Assembly: GCF_964355755.1 (NCBI RefSeq) | Contig: NC_092677.1 | Coordinates: 17,692,101-17,756,100, forward strand | Origin: Antedon mediterranea | Taxonomy: Eukaryota > Animalia > Echinodermata | Direction of reading: 5' to 3' | Length of the DNA: 64,000 bases | Shown: positions 1 to 13,195 of the stretch, one piece after another | How the letters are laid out: every line of letters begins with the position of its first letter | Position numbering within the stretch: position 1 is the first letter of the stretch | Position numbers and translations under genes: made by a program | Notes under the pieces: generated by a model | What the model saw: the letters and a program-made list of their open reading frames with translations, nothing else | Database searches by the model: none | Told to the model about the DNA's origin: nothing

Positions 1-162
1 TTTTTGTCCTTACGCCAATTTTTGTCCTTGCGCCAATTTTTGTCCTTGCGCCAATTTTTGTCCTTGCGCCAATTTTTGTCCTTGCGCCAATTTTTGTCCT
101 TGCGCCAATTTTTGTCCTTGCGCCAATTTTTGTCCTTGCGCCAATTTTTGTCCTTACGCCAA
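1..162. repeat. 18-bp tandem repeat (TTTTTGTCCTTRCGCCAA) x ~9, truncated by the window edge; degenerate TACGGCAA-type copies continue to ~300
   Basis: Directly visible. It explains the FLSLRQ repeat in ORF 4..252. Confidence 0.95.
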
Positions 163-819
163 TTTAACCATACGGCAATTTGTTCATATGGCAATGTGTG
201 TGTGTGTCCGTACGGCAATATTTGCTTGTCACTCGAGGAATTATGTCTTTAACGCCATTCGTTTGCCTTACGGGAGCGGAATTGTTCGTACGGCAACGTT
301 TGTCTATTTTGGCCCTAATGGCCGCCCATAGTAAACTATCATACCATGTCGTCGCCATACAGGTCTATTTAAAATACTGATATCATAATGAATGGGATAC
401 AGGCTAACAGTTCACACTACTCAAAATTCCATTACAGAAATTACAAGAACATTTTTGCCGATTTATTTGTTCATGTCGGAGAAAGACAAATTTCGCTACA
501 CTTGTTGAGCACTTTACACAGGTAACTAAACAAACTTGTCCAATTTTCAATAGGATAGGAGACTGACAACGATTTATGAATCTCACAGTAAGTGATTACA
601 AGTTGGAGGCTTGTAAATAGTTATTGAGACTTGATGGATACTAGCATCCTGGAAAGTGATATCTTGTCAATCCTAATTTTTACACCAGCTTGATATCTAC
701 TATAAAAAAACACTTTTTTTTGACCTGGTGAAATAGCAGAAAATTGGTAACACCACAATATCCACATGGCTGTGCTTAAACAAATGTAAAATAACCATTT
801 AAATTTTATTACCTTGAGT

Positions 820-1398
820 TAACCGGTTATAATACTAGAGATAATAAGTTTTAATGCTGGAGATAACCGGTTATAATGCTGGAACTGGTTATAATACTAG
901 AGATAATAAGTTTTAATGCTGGAGATAACCGGTTATAATACTGGAGATAACCGGTTATAATGCTGGAACTGGTTATAATACTAGAGATAATAAGTTTTAA
1001 TGCTGGAGATAACCGGTTATAATACTGGAGATAACCGGTTATAATGCTGGAACTGGTTATAATACTAGAGATAATAAGTTTTAATGCTGGAGATAACCGG
1101 TTATAATACTGGAGATAACCGGTTATAATGCTGGAACTGGTTATAATACTAGAGATAATAAGTTTTAATGCTGGAGATAACCGGTTATAATACTGGAGAT
1201 AACCGGTTATAATGCTGGAACTGGTTATAATACTGGAGATAACTGGTTATAATGCTGGAGATAACCGGTTATAATGCTGGAGATAACCGGTTATAATGCT
1301 AGAGTTAACCGGTTATATGTTAGAGATAACTGGTTTTAATGCTGGAGATAACTGGTTATAATGCTGGATCATAACAGGTTATAATGCTGGAGATAAAC
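820..1398. repeat. Minisatellite of ~22-bp units (CTGGAGATAACCGGTTATAATG) with an 84-bp higher-order repeat
   Basis: The variant unit CTAGAGATAATAAGTTTTAATG recurs at ~897, 981, 1065 and 1149 (84-bp spacing = 22+22+22+18). Palindromic core TAACCGGTTA. Confidence 0.92.
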
Positions 1399-2073
1399 AA
1401 TGTTGGTTCACTTAATTACTTTTTGCAAGTGAATCTCAAGCTACTGTAGAATAAGTTTAAAGAAACTGAGTATTCCTACAGTTATGGACGTTTTGTATTA
1501 GTTTAAAAACATTCAACCATGTCATTCCTCGTCTTAAATGTATGTTTAATTTATAACAATACTATATGGACTATTAACTATTAAAAAAAAATCAGTTGTT
1601 GTTGTTTACCAGACTGTTATTGACAAAATCGGATCTTTAAAATTGCAGCGCTGTTGTGTTGATTGTTACAATTTGGCTCTCCTTCAATCAAACTCATTTT
1701 CTCCGCAATTTTGTTTTTAAAAAAATGTGTGTATCTCTACTTGCCGGTGATGGCCGGTCAGATGAATGCAGATGTGTACTGTGGCAGCCATAAATAGATG
1801 ACGTGACCACCGCAACAATTATTTTGTGATTGATATGTGGTGATGATTAATTAATAAATTACTTTCGTAACTTCATGATTGTTTAATACTGTTAGTGTTA
1901 ATAAACCAATCATAATTTGAATGTATTTCCCCTCAAATAGTGATAAAATGTTCACAAATTTGTTTGGGAAAAATGTGTTCTTTATTAAAAATCACTTTGA
2001 ATTCACGCATAATATTAGCCGGTTGTTAACTTTGAATCTTTGTGCCTAATTAATCCTTCTAAGGATGTAAAAT

Positions 2074-2700
2074 TTAAACTGGTTTGAGAACTGATTTTGC
2101 CGACCAGAAACGGTTTTTGCATAATATTTTTTTGTGTAACTCACTTTTGCTCACAAGAAAAACTGTTCTTTTTCTGCTCAATAGATAGGCCCCTTCAAAA
2201 GTATAAAATAGCATTTTTGTTGGCCTTCTTAAACCACTGTACTTGACCTCCTTTATCAATATTCAGAGGCATCAACAAATCAAGCCCCACACCCCTCATC
2301 TACTTGGTATCAAACTGTCATTACTGACATTTCTCACCTTGCTTTCTTAGACAAGTCAATTGATGAGTGATAAATTGATTTTCTTAACAGAATTAAAACA
2401 ATGTTTACAACAGAAGCATGGGAAATTAATGCGTTTTTGTCATCTATGAGCTGATTCTTCATGTCCAGGTTGAGGACTTAAAAATATACAAACACTTGAT
2501 GTATGTCGTAATCCATCAAATAGCTGAAGATAGACGCTCCTTTTCTTCAAGAAAGTTTTTGTCAGCTACAAAGTGTCAAATATCCGGAAGTAATTTTTTT
2601 TCTAGGATAACTATAAATATGTTCTCTGCTTGTTACTCTTCGGAATGGTGCAACAAATCATTAGAATCACCTTCGCGTGACCATTTACAAAATTAATAAC
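2074..2700 (-). mobile_element. Possible decayed DNA-transposon (P/THAP-like transposase) coding remnant
   Basis: Fragment IKEVKYSGLRRPTKMLFYTFEGAY loosely resembles the 'GGL..PS' C-terminal region of P-type transposases. Frames are interrupted by stops and no TIRs were found. Confidence 0.2.
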
Positions 2701-5471
2701 TTATACGGTAGAGATTTGTTTTCATTCTAATCAGTAATTTGAGACATTCTTACATTAACATACCATCTTTTTTTTATGCTGTACAATAACAGCCTTTATG
2801 AGCCTGTCTTAAATCTTCTAAATCTCATCACAAACTTTTGTTTACTCATGCAAACCTTTTGCGTCATAAATGGACCATACTGTCTATTCCATTCTATAAA
2901 AATGCCTGAATAAATAATAATAATAATATCAGTAGCAATATAGAATTATTTGTTAGGCCCAAGTTAACTTCTTTACCTTTTTTTTAAACATTTTTTGTTG
3001 TATCTAAAGACCTGAGCAATTTGCAGTCTAAACACAGGTCCTTCGCGTGTTGTGAATATATTGTACTTTTTATCATATTTTACCAGTAGGCCAATACAAT
3101 TAGACCAAAGTTCAATTTTTTCTGGATGAGTTTGGTTTTGTGTGTGGAGATCGAACAAATTGCAGGATAGACATCAGCCTTTTGGAATGGTGTATACTGA
3201 CTTTTCAAATTTGAACACTGGATTTTATAAGAATTCTATTCTATGCAAAGCATGCTACAATCACAAAACAAGTCAAATTGCTATCTAAAGTGGCGTGTTA
3301 TTTTAGCAAAAGGCTGACTAGATTTAAAGAAGTTCTAGTTTTGTGGTGCCAGCAGAATGTTTTGTGTGCTTTACAAATTGTGTAAACACAGCCTATTATA
3401 TTAGTATGCACCTGGTACCAAAAATATATATCTACATATTTACATGCCTTGAATTCCAAATTAGAAAAAAAAATTTTTTTTAGAGTTTACCTGTTGTGAC
3501 AAGACATTAAAGTAGTGGAATATCATTTCTAACTCCTAAGGGGCTGTGTAAAGGAACTACAAGTAACACATTGAACTTTATACGGAATCAAGCTACACAG
3601 GCTGTCACCAAAAATAAGACATATATTGTAATTTAAATAGTTGTTGCTTTACACATCAACACCAAAAGTAGCTTTTAGAGGCTCCTAAATAGCTCTTCTC
3701 CCATTGGGTCATATCACTATACTTATAACAGATGCTGAAATTCTAACCAACCAGGATGCATCATCAATCACGGTTAAGTTGACACAAATTATCCTTACGG
3801 ATTTCACCTTAACTGATCGCCTCCTTGTTGACGCCAGCTTGACAGCCCCAATCCCAGAAGAGTTAATTATAGAAACAAATATATTTACCCATTGAATGTA
3901 GAAAACATGAAAAGGTTATGACAATGAGGCACTATCCATAGTGGGGGTCTATAATTATTCTGTAACATCATAGCTTTAGTAAAGTGTACGTTACAATAAA
4001 AACGTTAACAATTGTACAAGCTCTGTTAGCTGATTTTACAATACTTTACACAAAAATTGATTTACATCATGAACTTGCCAACATTTTGAGCCCTTAATAA
4101 AAAGTTGGTTGAACAAGTTGAACTAATTGTGTGAGCCATACTTGAACATTGACATTAAAACATTTTAAGTCATTTTAATATTAATTGTTCAAAACATCCA
4201 AAGATGCATTTCTGGAGTGAAGACAATTACAAAGCAAAATCTTGTCCTTTTTGAAATGACAATTATGAAGATTATTCAGTTATAGGAAGTTTAAATTTTC
4301 ATCTGTTTTACACAATTCAGTACATTTTTTTATGTTGGTTCAATGGGGTTTGCTGTTTTTTTAAAAAGATTTGCTGAGGTTTGCGGTGTTAAGGAATACC
4401 CAAACATACTGTAGTGGATTGTTATCCAACGTTACGGACGGACACTTTTCCAAAACATTTGAATTTATCAATTGATAAAAATGTTCTAATAGGAGGTTTA
4501 AATTCTTTGTAATTTTTATGCAAGTATACCACATACCCTCTTACCAAAAAAAATTTGTGCCAAAAAATCCTGTTGCTAAAAATAGAACAGCGAAAATATG
4601 AATGTTACAGATGGACAAGATAAAATTGACAGTTTCTAAATATTAAGATTTAGTAGAATTTCTGATCTAGAAAAGTAAGACTAGACCTTAAATTTTTATT
4701 GGTAAAGTAAATCTAGTCATATGATCAAAAAAAAAAAAATTTAATTTGTCATGAATGTATACATATAGTTCTATCTGCTTACTCCTAATGATCAGAGTGC
4801 TTTAAACTCAGGGCATTGGAATGTTGATCGTTGTGTCTGAACACCTTGACTTTTAACGCCATGGATTACCTTATGCCTTGTGTTAGATAACAAACCTAAC
4901 GCCGTGAGTCTGAACATACAGTACCTTTATAGTATAGTATAGTATATTATACTACTAGTATACTCAAACTGACATGTCTTGACCAAAACAATTATATTAC
5001 AGAACTGGTCAGTCCTGTTTGACTATAAGAAAATAAATCTCTATGTCTTTACAGTACAACCATCAAGGGAAATGAGGTATTCAGACAAAATCAATAATCA
5101 CTTTACTAAAATCATCTATCACCATCAATAGCTTCCTCTTTCTTCTAATAGGAAACAATCAGAAACTGATCTGTTAATAATAAAACATATCATTATGGCA
5201 ATCACCTTTAAACCAAAAGCAGCCATAAAGGAATGAAATTACTTTCAATAATGTTGAGAAATGCTTCATAAAAGTTGTTCAACTACTCAATAAAAATCAG
5301 AAACAGAAAAATAACTCAAATTCAAAAAATAATTTCATCTGCTGATGTAGTGGTAAGAATTTCCATTGCCTATTCTTTGGAAGGGACATTAAGATGTTGG
5401 TGAACTACCGTAGGTAAACAGTGTAGGGGATGTAGTAGTTTCCTAAGAATCAATAAATGAATTAATTTTAA

Positions 5472-5565
5472 GAATTATCTAAAATTATTGTTTATCTATA
5501 AACTTAAATAGAAATTGAATTAAATGAATTTAAATTTATAGATAAACCATAATTTTAGATAATTC
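5472..5565. repeat. AT-rich inverted repeat/hairpin with ~38-bp arms
   Basis: GAATTATCTAAAATTATTGTTTATCTATAAACTTAAAT pairs with ATTTAAATTTATAGATAAACCATAATTTTAGATAATTC (2 mismatches). Confidence 0.8.
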
Positions 5566-6084
5566 AACGCTACCATACTTGAAGGTGAACAGCACAGCAA
5601 CATAGGTTTAAACTAAAGTGGGTCCGGGTCAGCTAGTGTCATTTCAAATTTTCATTGAGTGTAGGGGATGAAATGTACCCATGTTTAAATTTCGGCATCA
5701 TGATAATGTCCAGTAAACAAGGCCACATGTTAACCTTTCTCAACAAGATGATAGGAAATTATTGCAGACTAGGGAATAAAACATATTAAGGAAGAGCATT
5801 AAAAAAAACTCTAATCTAGTGTTTCCTAATTTGTAAGGACCAGGGATAGTCATCCCTTAGGAGTTAATTCCTGGTGGAATTTTAGAAGCCAGAGTGTCTA
5901 GGGTCAGAGTAATGACCAATTGACGGACAATGAAAAATGTCAACAAATGTGTAGTTATTTGGAGCCATAAACAATGTTTATCAAAGTATTAAACAAGATG
6001 TTGAATGGTTATTGATAGATGTACTTTTGTTCATTTGTATCTGGACAGTCACCAAGTTTTGACATCTTGCAAGATTTGTTACCT

Positions 6085-6245
6085 AAATCCCCAATCCCTA
6101 CAGTTTTTAGATCTAAATTTAAGGTCACAAACTACATTTAATGTAAAAATAAATACTATTAGGGTCTTATTGAGATAACTTTTTTTGTCTTTAAGTTTAA
6201 ACGGTTAAAAATGTAAAAAAGATTCTAATAATATAGGCGGCCCGC
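6085..6245 (+). repeat. Dispersed repeat fragment, with an inverted copy at ~60354-60510
   Basis: AAGGTCACAAACTACATTTAATGTAAAAATAAATACTAT...TTGAGATAACTTTTTT matches the reverse complement of 60410-60500. Confidence 0.8.
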
Positions 6246-9200
6246 TTGGATCAAAATCAGTCTGCATTATTTTGTGTTGCATCTACAAGTTGCATAGCGT
6301 TTAAATGCAATCATTTGGGCAATTTTTAACCATTATTTTAAGAATGACGGTTATTTAACATTTGTCTTGCAGAATCTGACTCTTATTTTGAAAAACCAGT
6401 CGGACAGTGCCAGGTGGTGAAATCCTGAAATGGTGCTGCTACCATAGTTTAAAAGCTAACAAGGGTCTACAAATCTAATTGCATTAACAAGATTTGTTCT
6501 CATTGCAAACTTACATAGATTAACAAATCATAGGATTTAACTAAAGGATTTGGCTTTATCCCAGGCCTAGCTGGTGGATTACATTTTGCAGCTGATTACA
6601 GCATTCCTGTCTCTGAACAAACTCTTGCAATAAATCTATCAAATACCCAAACCATGTAAGTGCAGAACTAATAAATTGTCAAGTTCACAAGTTTTAAACA
6701 GAATAAAATGTTTCTTTATATGCATTAAAACATTTAATGATTGGTCTGATTATAAACAGTAAAGTGCGAACACATGGTCTGCGGTTATTGACGTTGTTTA
6801 ACGAATTTGGTAAACCGACCGGTCTGCGGGTTTTAAAATGCCGATCAAGTTTCGTAAACTGAGCAATTAACTTTTCACAGTCTTTGATTTATTTCAAAAT
6901 TCTTTGCAGCAATATCTGATTAAATTACATTGTATAATACATAATAAAGACGTAAACAAAGCATATAAACTAGATTCGATAACCACGTGATTATTTTTTA
7001 ATAACGTAATACACTTTCTGCCTCATCCACACAGTCAAAAACTTATTTTTAAGTCTAATGTCAACACAGAGCACACTGGTTTGGAGTTTTTTTACATTTA
7101 ATGTTTTTAATACATTCAAATAACAATTTTTTTATAACAAATTAAATATATGTACTGTATTTTCTCAATTTTAAAATTTTAAGCAATTTTTATATGTTGT
7201 ATATCTGGTAGTATAATGTAATTTTTACTGTTTTAATGTTTAAAAAAAATTATATTATATTTTGAATTTCATTTTAAACTGTGATCATTTCTTGCCCTCT
7301 CAGACTTTTGTATTTAATGAATAATAAAGAAATAAAATGAAATGAAATGAAATACCTCTAATGCTGTGACATACCACCTACTCAATATCCAACCTGTATC
7401 TAGGGTCAATACATTTTTAAATAAAGATTTTAACAATAGTTATTTAATTATAGATTAAAATAGTTTTTAAAAATTATTTTTGAAAGATTATGAAACCATG
7501 ACAATATGTTTGGAACCAGTTTTGATATCGCATGCCGCAGATTTAATTTAAGCTGTGAAGCATTTTTTATAAAAGACCATAATTACCGAATGGCCCTACT
7601 TGGAGTTATTATGGCTTAGTTACTATCGCATTGGGTCCAATGGGCTTTAAAACTTTAATCTTAAACAAACATGGGCATGTAGCGACTAGTAGTACCAAAT
7701 GAGGTTATATTTTTAGTAAGAACTACATACAGATTTACTGTAAGCTGAACTGTTTTACATTGTTTGCAGAAATTCTTAGAAGTACCAATACTTTGAGATG
7801 AAGAATTCTTAAAGTGACAAACTTTCCGAGTCTATCCCTTATCCAGAAAACTCACATCATATGTAATAATCACCAAAAGCTTAGATCATTATTTTTTTAA
7901 ATATCAATTAAAATGTTAACAAATGATAAATTAATAAATATCTACAATATCTGCAAGATGAGTTTCATTGACAATTTTTATTGGTAATATGCACCTTCAT
8001 TTTATAAAAGCATAACAAGTTTGCAAAAAGTGCTACCATTTCAATGAATAACAAACTCTACTGTACATGATCATAGATTTATTATGATAAAAGTTGATAG
8101 ACAATGTCAGTCAATACATTCTTCTTTTTTTTGTCATTTTGCTAATGAATGCATTGCTGAATTGGAACGAAGAAAAGTGAAGGAGGAGAGAAAAGCTAAA
8201 GGCAGTTGGTCCTAACAAAAGATTTATAAAAATCACTTTTACTAGGACTAATACGAAAATCACCTTTAATGACTACAAAGGGATAGAAAATAAAAACCTT
8301 ACTTTACAATAATGAAAAAAAAGATTAAAACAACTCATTCTTGAAATGTTTGTTCTTTTGATTCTCTGTACTAATGTATAATACAGTATGTTTGACCATC
8401 CTGCCCAAAGCAGAAAAATATGTTAACAAATCATTGAAAGCATAATGTCTGGATGATGAAAATGTTTCAAGGGAGAGAGAGAGAGCTATGTTTTATATTG
8501 ATCTTGGAATAAAAATGTCAATAAATGGAAAAAATGAATATATACTGTAATACACAGATACAACTGACAATCAACTGCACTAAAATCAAAGGACAACCAA
8601 TGTTAAGCAACAGGTGATAACATGAGTTTTAGTGTTTGGTCAGTATCAAGCGGTACACCCATGCCCAGGCAGCTCAGGAAATGAATTTAACAAGCATACA
8701 TATGTAAATACCCAAAATACATGACCCCAATGGGGCTTCCAATTCCCTAGGCACTGGGCTAGAACAACTCAATTTTCCTTGATTTTATAGGAACTAGGGT
8801 ACTACATAAACTTATGCATGACCCAGGCTTCTATGCCTCGAATTTGGCCTAGGGTAGAAAATTGAATTTTTTTTTCTTCTAAAGAAGACTTCCAGAGAGT
8901 GGGTACTGTAGATCAAATATGACATTTTTCGCTCATTAGACCCTATTTGCTCTCCTTCTTTAAAAATTACAAATATGGGAGCAACCTTGATGACAAACTA
9001 GGGCATTCAAGTCCATGCCAGTACGAGGGTTTGAAGCAGTGCAGCGTCCTTTTAAAAGTTGTAATGGAAGTGATGGTAAATAAGCCTAACTAGCTTGATG
9101 ATTTTTTCTTATTTTTTGTAAAATCGATTTTTTGGCTAAAGGTTTGACTTTTCAATTACCATGAATGAGGAAAATTACTTTTCCCTGATAATGTTGTTTT

Positions 9201-12200
9201 TCATGTTTGTCTTGTACCGGTCTCTAATAATATATAATCTGACTAGATATGACATAGTTAATTTGTCCATGTATCTCCCCACTGAATATATATTTTATAG
9301 TTCTGTTTTTTTTCTGAACAACTAAAATTCAGTTCTCTTTAAAATAGATGTAATTGATGTTCAGATATGATATGTTGGTATGCCAACGCTCATGTTTAGC
9401 ATGAACACTTCCTTGTACAGTTCACAGGGCCAATGTTGTTGTATTTATGCAATGCCAATCACATGACAACAATATTTAGGGTTTAAACGAAAACAAAGAA
9501 CAGGGTTTATGGAATGGGAAGAGCATAGCAGCTGACTGAGGGGTCTACAAGGATTACAACACTATGAATTTACCCTAGGCCTATATTAAACTTACTTAGA
9601 TATGAAAATATATAGTTAAGTTACAATATTTCTTTTTATGAACACAATTTTTTCTGCCAAAATACTGTATTTATATTGAATGTTTTTGGCAGCAAAAACA
9701 AGCTCTAAGTTGAAGGCAGTCAATCATTAATTTTATAGTAAAATAGATTGAATGCCTAATAAAATTAAGAAAACAATTAAAAACATTTAATTTATTATAC
9801 TTTTTATTTTAAAAATTTACAATAAAGCATAAATGATTGATTGACCAGCAGGCAAGGGATAGTTGCTGTAGCCTTAAACTTTTATACCTCATTCCTTATA
9901 ATTTCATTTTCACATTATTCTTAATTGCAAAAATCGCAACTGTCGTACATTTTTTAGTTGTACTAAAAATTTTCTTGACATCTTAAAATGAATTTCTTGA
10001 CATATTTATTAGATGTTACCGGTCACAAATCTCAAAGCGCTCACACAAATTATACAATGTTTTGTCTGTTTTACAACAACAGACCCCACAAATACATTTA
10101 TTAAGGGTATTATCAGATATGATCATATTTTAATTTGATAGCATTACGCTGACCATACATCACAGGAACCCTGCAGAATACATTGATGAAATGTTAATAG
10201 TATAAAATGGGTTTGTCTCCCAAAAGAGATGGTATATTGGCCAAAAACACTTAACATTGCCATGCTTGTACAATTAATGCGTCTTTGTACTTCTATACAA
10301 GAATCTATTGCAATAGTAAAAAAACATCCCTTAGGAATCAACAGAAAGGAACTTGTGTTGGGGTTCAGTAAAAATGGAAACAACACTTTCTAGCTGTTAT
10401 GTCCAACATATTAACGATGGTGTGTCGTTATAAATCAAACAGCAAATAAAATCAACAGAAGCATCAATCATGGTCCCTTGATATGCATCACTGGTCCGCC
10501 AGTAGTAAGTTCTTACATGTACAAATGGCCTAAAGAACATGTGTTGTTCTAGCCTGGCGACAAAACGTCTCTGTCTTGGATGGGCAGACACAGGGTTTTG
10601 AACAGGCTCGTAAAAACAACAGTGAAGTAAACCTCATAAAATAAAAAAGTAGAAATATATAGTCGGATATGAAGGCTTGATTTGTAAGACTTTTACATAA
10701 GTAACTATGACCTGTTTACATGTTATGGGTCACATAAATATCAATTGCTTATGCCAATGATTTATGGTATCCATGGAAACAAAATTCCTGGTAAAAAAGG
10801 CTACCCTTTTGTATGGTTTAAATATATATTTTATCTAATTTTTAATGATTATAAAAGTGCTTACAATCTCGACTTTTATTTCTGTTGTCTAGTTGGTGTC
10901 CATGCTTAATATTTCCCTTGAGGGGAGAGAATAACCTAGATAAAACTTTAAGGTCAGTACAAATAGCAGATTTGTAAAACTTAAATATGAATATCTGATA
11001 TATATGATAGGATCACCAGAAAATTATAAATCAGATTGTTAACACTTATAACTAATAAAAGTGACAAAAATGTAAGCAATAAAAATACATCACTAAAAAT
11101 GCTATTAAAATGTTATTTATATGTAACAGAATAAATTCTCATATAAGTATGATTGATATGGTTTAAATGAATATTGTACTATTTTAAACATAGAAAATCA
11201 GAATAAAATTTGTGTTTGCTTTTTCTCGTTTTGCTAGAAAAAAACCATGTATATATATTTTTTAATTTAGGAGAAAATATTTCACCAAAAATATAAACCT
11301 ACAGTTCAAAAATTTAATTTATAGAAATAGTGCAGAGTTAGAATGTACTTTATGGTATCAGTTGATTGATTCATACTACTATCAAACATTTACATGAAAA
11401 AATTTCACTCATTTTTTTTATTACTAGAATTACTGTATATTAATATCAGTTTACTCATTTTAATAAGGTTTTACAAAGGTCATTAATGCTTTTATCATTC
11501 TATGACCATTCACCATAAAAAACTTTGTTTCATGTTTTTGTTTTGTCATGGCAACAGCCCCAAAATAAACAGTGTCAGGGCAAATAAAAAATAGATTCAA
11601 ACTGAAAAAAACCTGGACAAATTAAATCTGTGAAAACTCAAACATTTAATTACGTCAAAATATGCGCGCGGAAATTGGATGGATGGATGTATGCTATCCT
11701 ATGTGTTGTGTATAGTATTGAATTTTGTTTATCAATATAATATAATATGTATAGGATAAAATATAGTATATAGCATTTCATGTTTAGCTAATAGCCAAAA
11801 GTAAAGCCCCTCATCCAAAAAAAAAAACAAAACTCTCTAGATTTCTTAAGTATGATAGGAAAATTCTGTATTTGCACCACATGTTTTCACATCCTCTTGG
11901 AATCACAGACAATAAGCTAACCCTTCACTAAATGTGAAACATAGGAGATGTTGTATTTATTATACAACATTTTCTTAAGATACTTAGGAAATATTGTCGT
12001 AAGATACAGCACTGAGAATCGAGTGAAAAAAGTGTCAAATCTCTAAGGTAAAACTAAAAAATTGGGTTTTTTTTTTTTTACCAATAGTGATTCTCACAAA
12101 AACATCAGTTTTTATCTAAAAGGTGAAATACAATTACATTGCATTGTCTGATGTATTATTAACAGTATTTTTTTACAAGCACATGTACTAGTGTTTTGGA

Positions 12201-12886
12201 AGTACTCTAAAATTATTATTATTTTTTTTTTTTTTGGAAGAGTACAAAAATACTTTTACTACACGATTTTAAACTATATAACATGTTTATGTGTACAGCC
12301 TTGAAGTAAAATCTAATAAACTATTAACTAGTTCATTCACTTTCAATAATCATAAATTATGGTTTTCTACCAATTAAAATTACATACAGGACTATAACTT
12401 GTCTTTGGTTTAGGTATAATTCACTTCTAAAACATTTGCCATCCACATAAAAAATAATAAATGTATTAAGACACAACAACATGGTTTATGAACTTTTTAG
12501 ATTTTGTAACCAATTGTGGCCAATAGTTGAAAAGTGTACTTGTGTAAAAAACGAGGTTTTCTGATTAACTAAGACACTGTAAAACACAGTGAACATTGTA
12601 AGTAGCTGCGGTTTGGCCACCATGAAAAAGAGATTTGGCTTCTTGCAAACCAATAATTCATATTATTAACAAGGACCATTGAATAAAATCTAATTATGCT
12701 GAACTGTAAGGAAACTATTTATGAAACTTAATACTAATTTGATTTGCTATGACCTGACCCAAAATAGGAACATGAATGTTAAAAGTATTGTGTGTTCTGC
12801 TATATCGAAATACACATCCATGTGTAGTTATTAATACATTTATAGTATCAGAAATGTCAATATATTATTGAAAAGATGTTTGCATA

Positions 12887-13195
12887 CGCGCCTACCCATA
12901 TAATCACACAGGGAGGTCCTCTGCTCTTTTTAAATAGTGTAAAAAGTTCTTTAACATGTGTGTGTACACCGAACCAACGGCTTTACATCCCATCTGAAGG
13001 ACAAGGCAATGTAACTAAAGAATCTTGGATAAAATGTGGCAAAAACAGGCTCAAATCCTTTATCATTACACCATCACTGTCTGGTTTATATAGCACTACA
13101 CTAGATATTCAGACGTTCTCTCATCCATCCTGTCCAAACGTTGCTTAACTTCGGTGACCTGACTAAACAGTGTTTTAACTCAGTATGGCCATATA
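12887..13195 (-). mobile_element. Degenerate 5S rRNA/tRNA-headed Deu/Nin-domain SINE (same family as 50761-51208)
   Basis: Shares CCAACGGCTTTACATCCCATCYGAAGGAC, CATTACACCATCACT, AACGTTGCTTAACTTCGGTGA and CAGTATGGCC with the 50.8-51.2 kb copy. Confidence 0.85.

Noticed and set aside
4-252. ORF with FLSLRQ repeats
   Set aside because: Translation of an 18-bp tandem repeat with a non-ATG start; no coding evidence.
820-1398. CRISPR-like appearance of this and other regular arrays (19745-20555, 42023-42246)
   Set aside because: Units are contiguous without unique spacers, there are no cas genes, and the context is eukaryotic.
10397-10591. Minus-strand ORF with an internal GTAAGA donor as an alternative exon
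   Set aside because: No clear acceptor or recognisable similarity.
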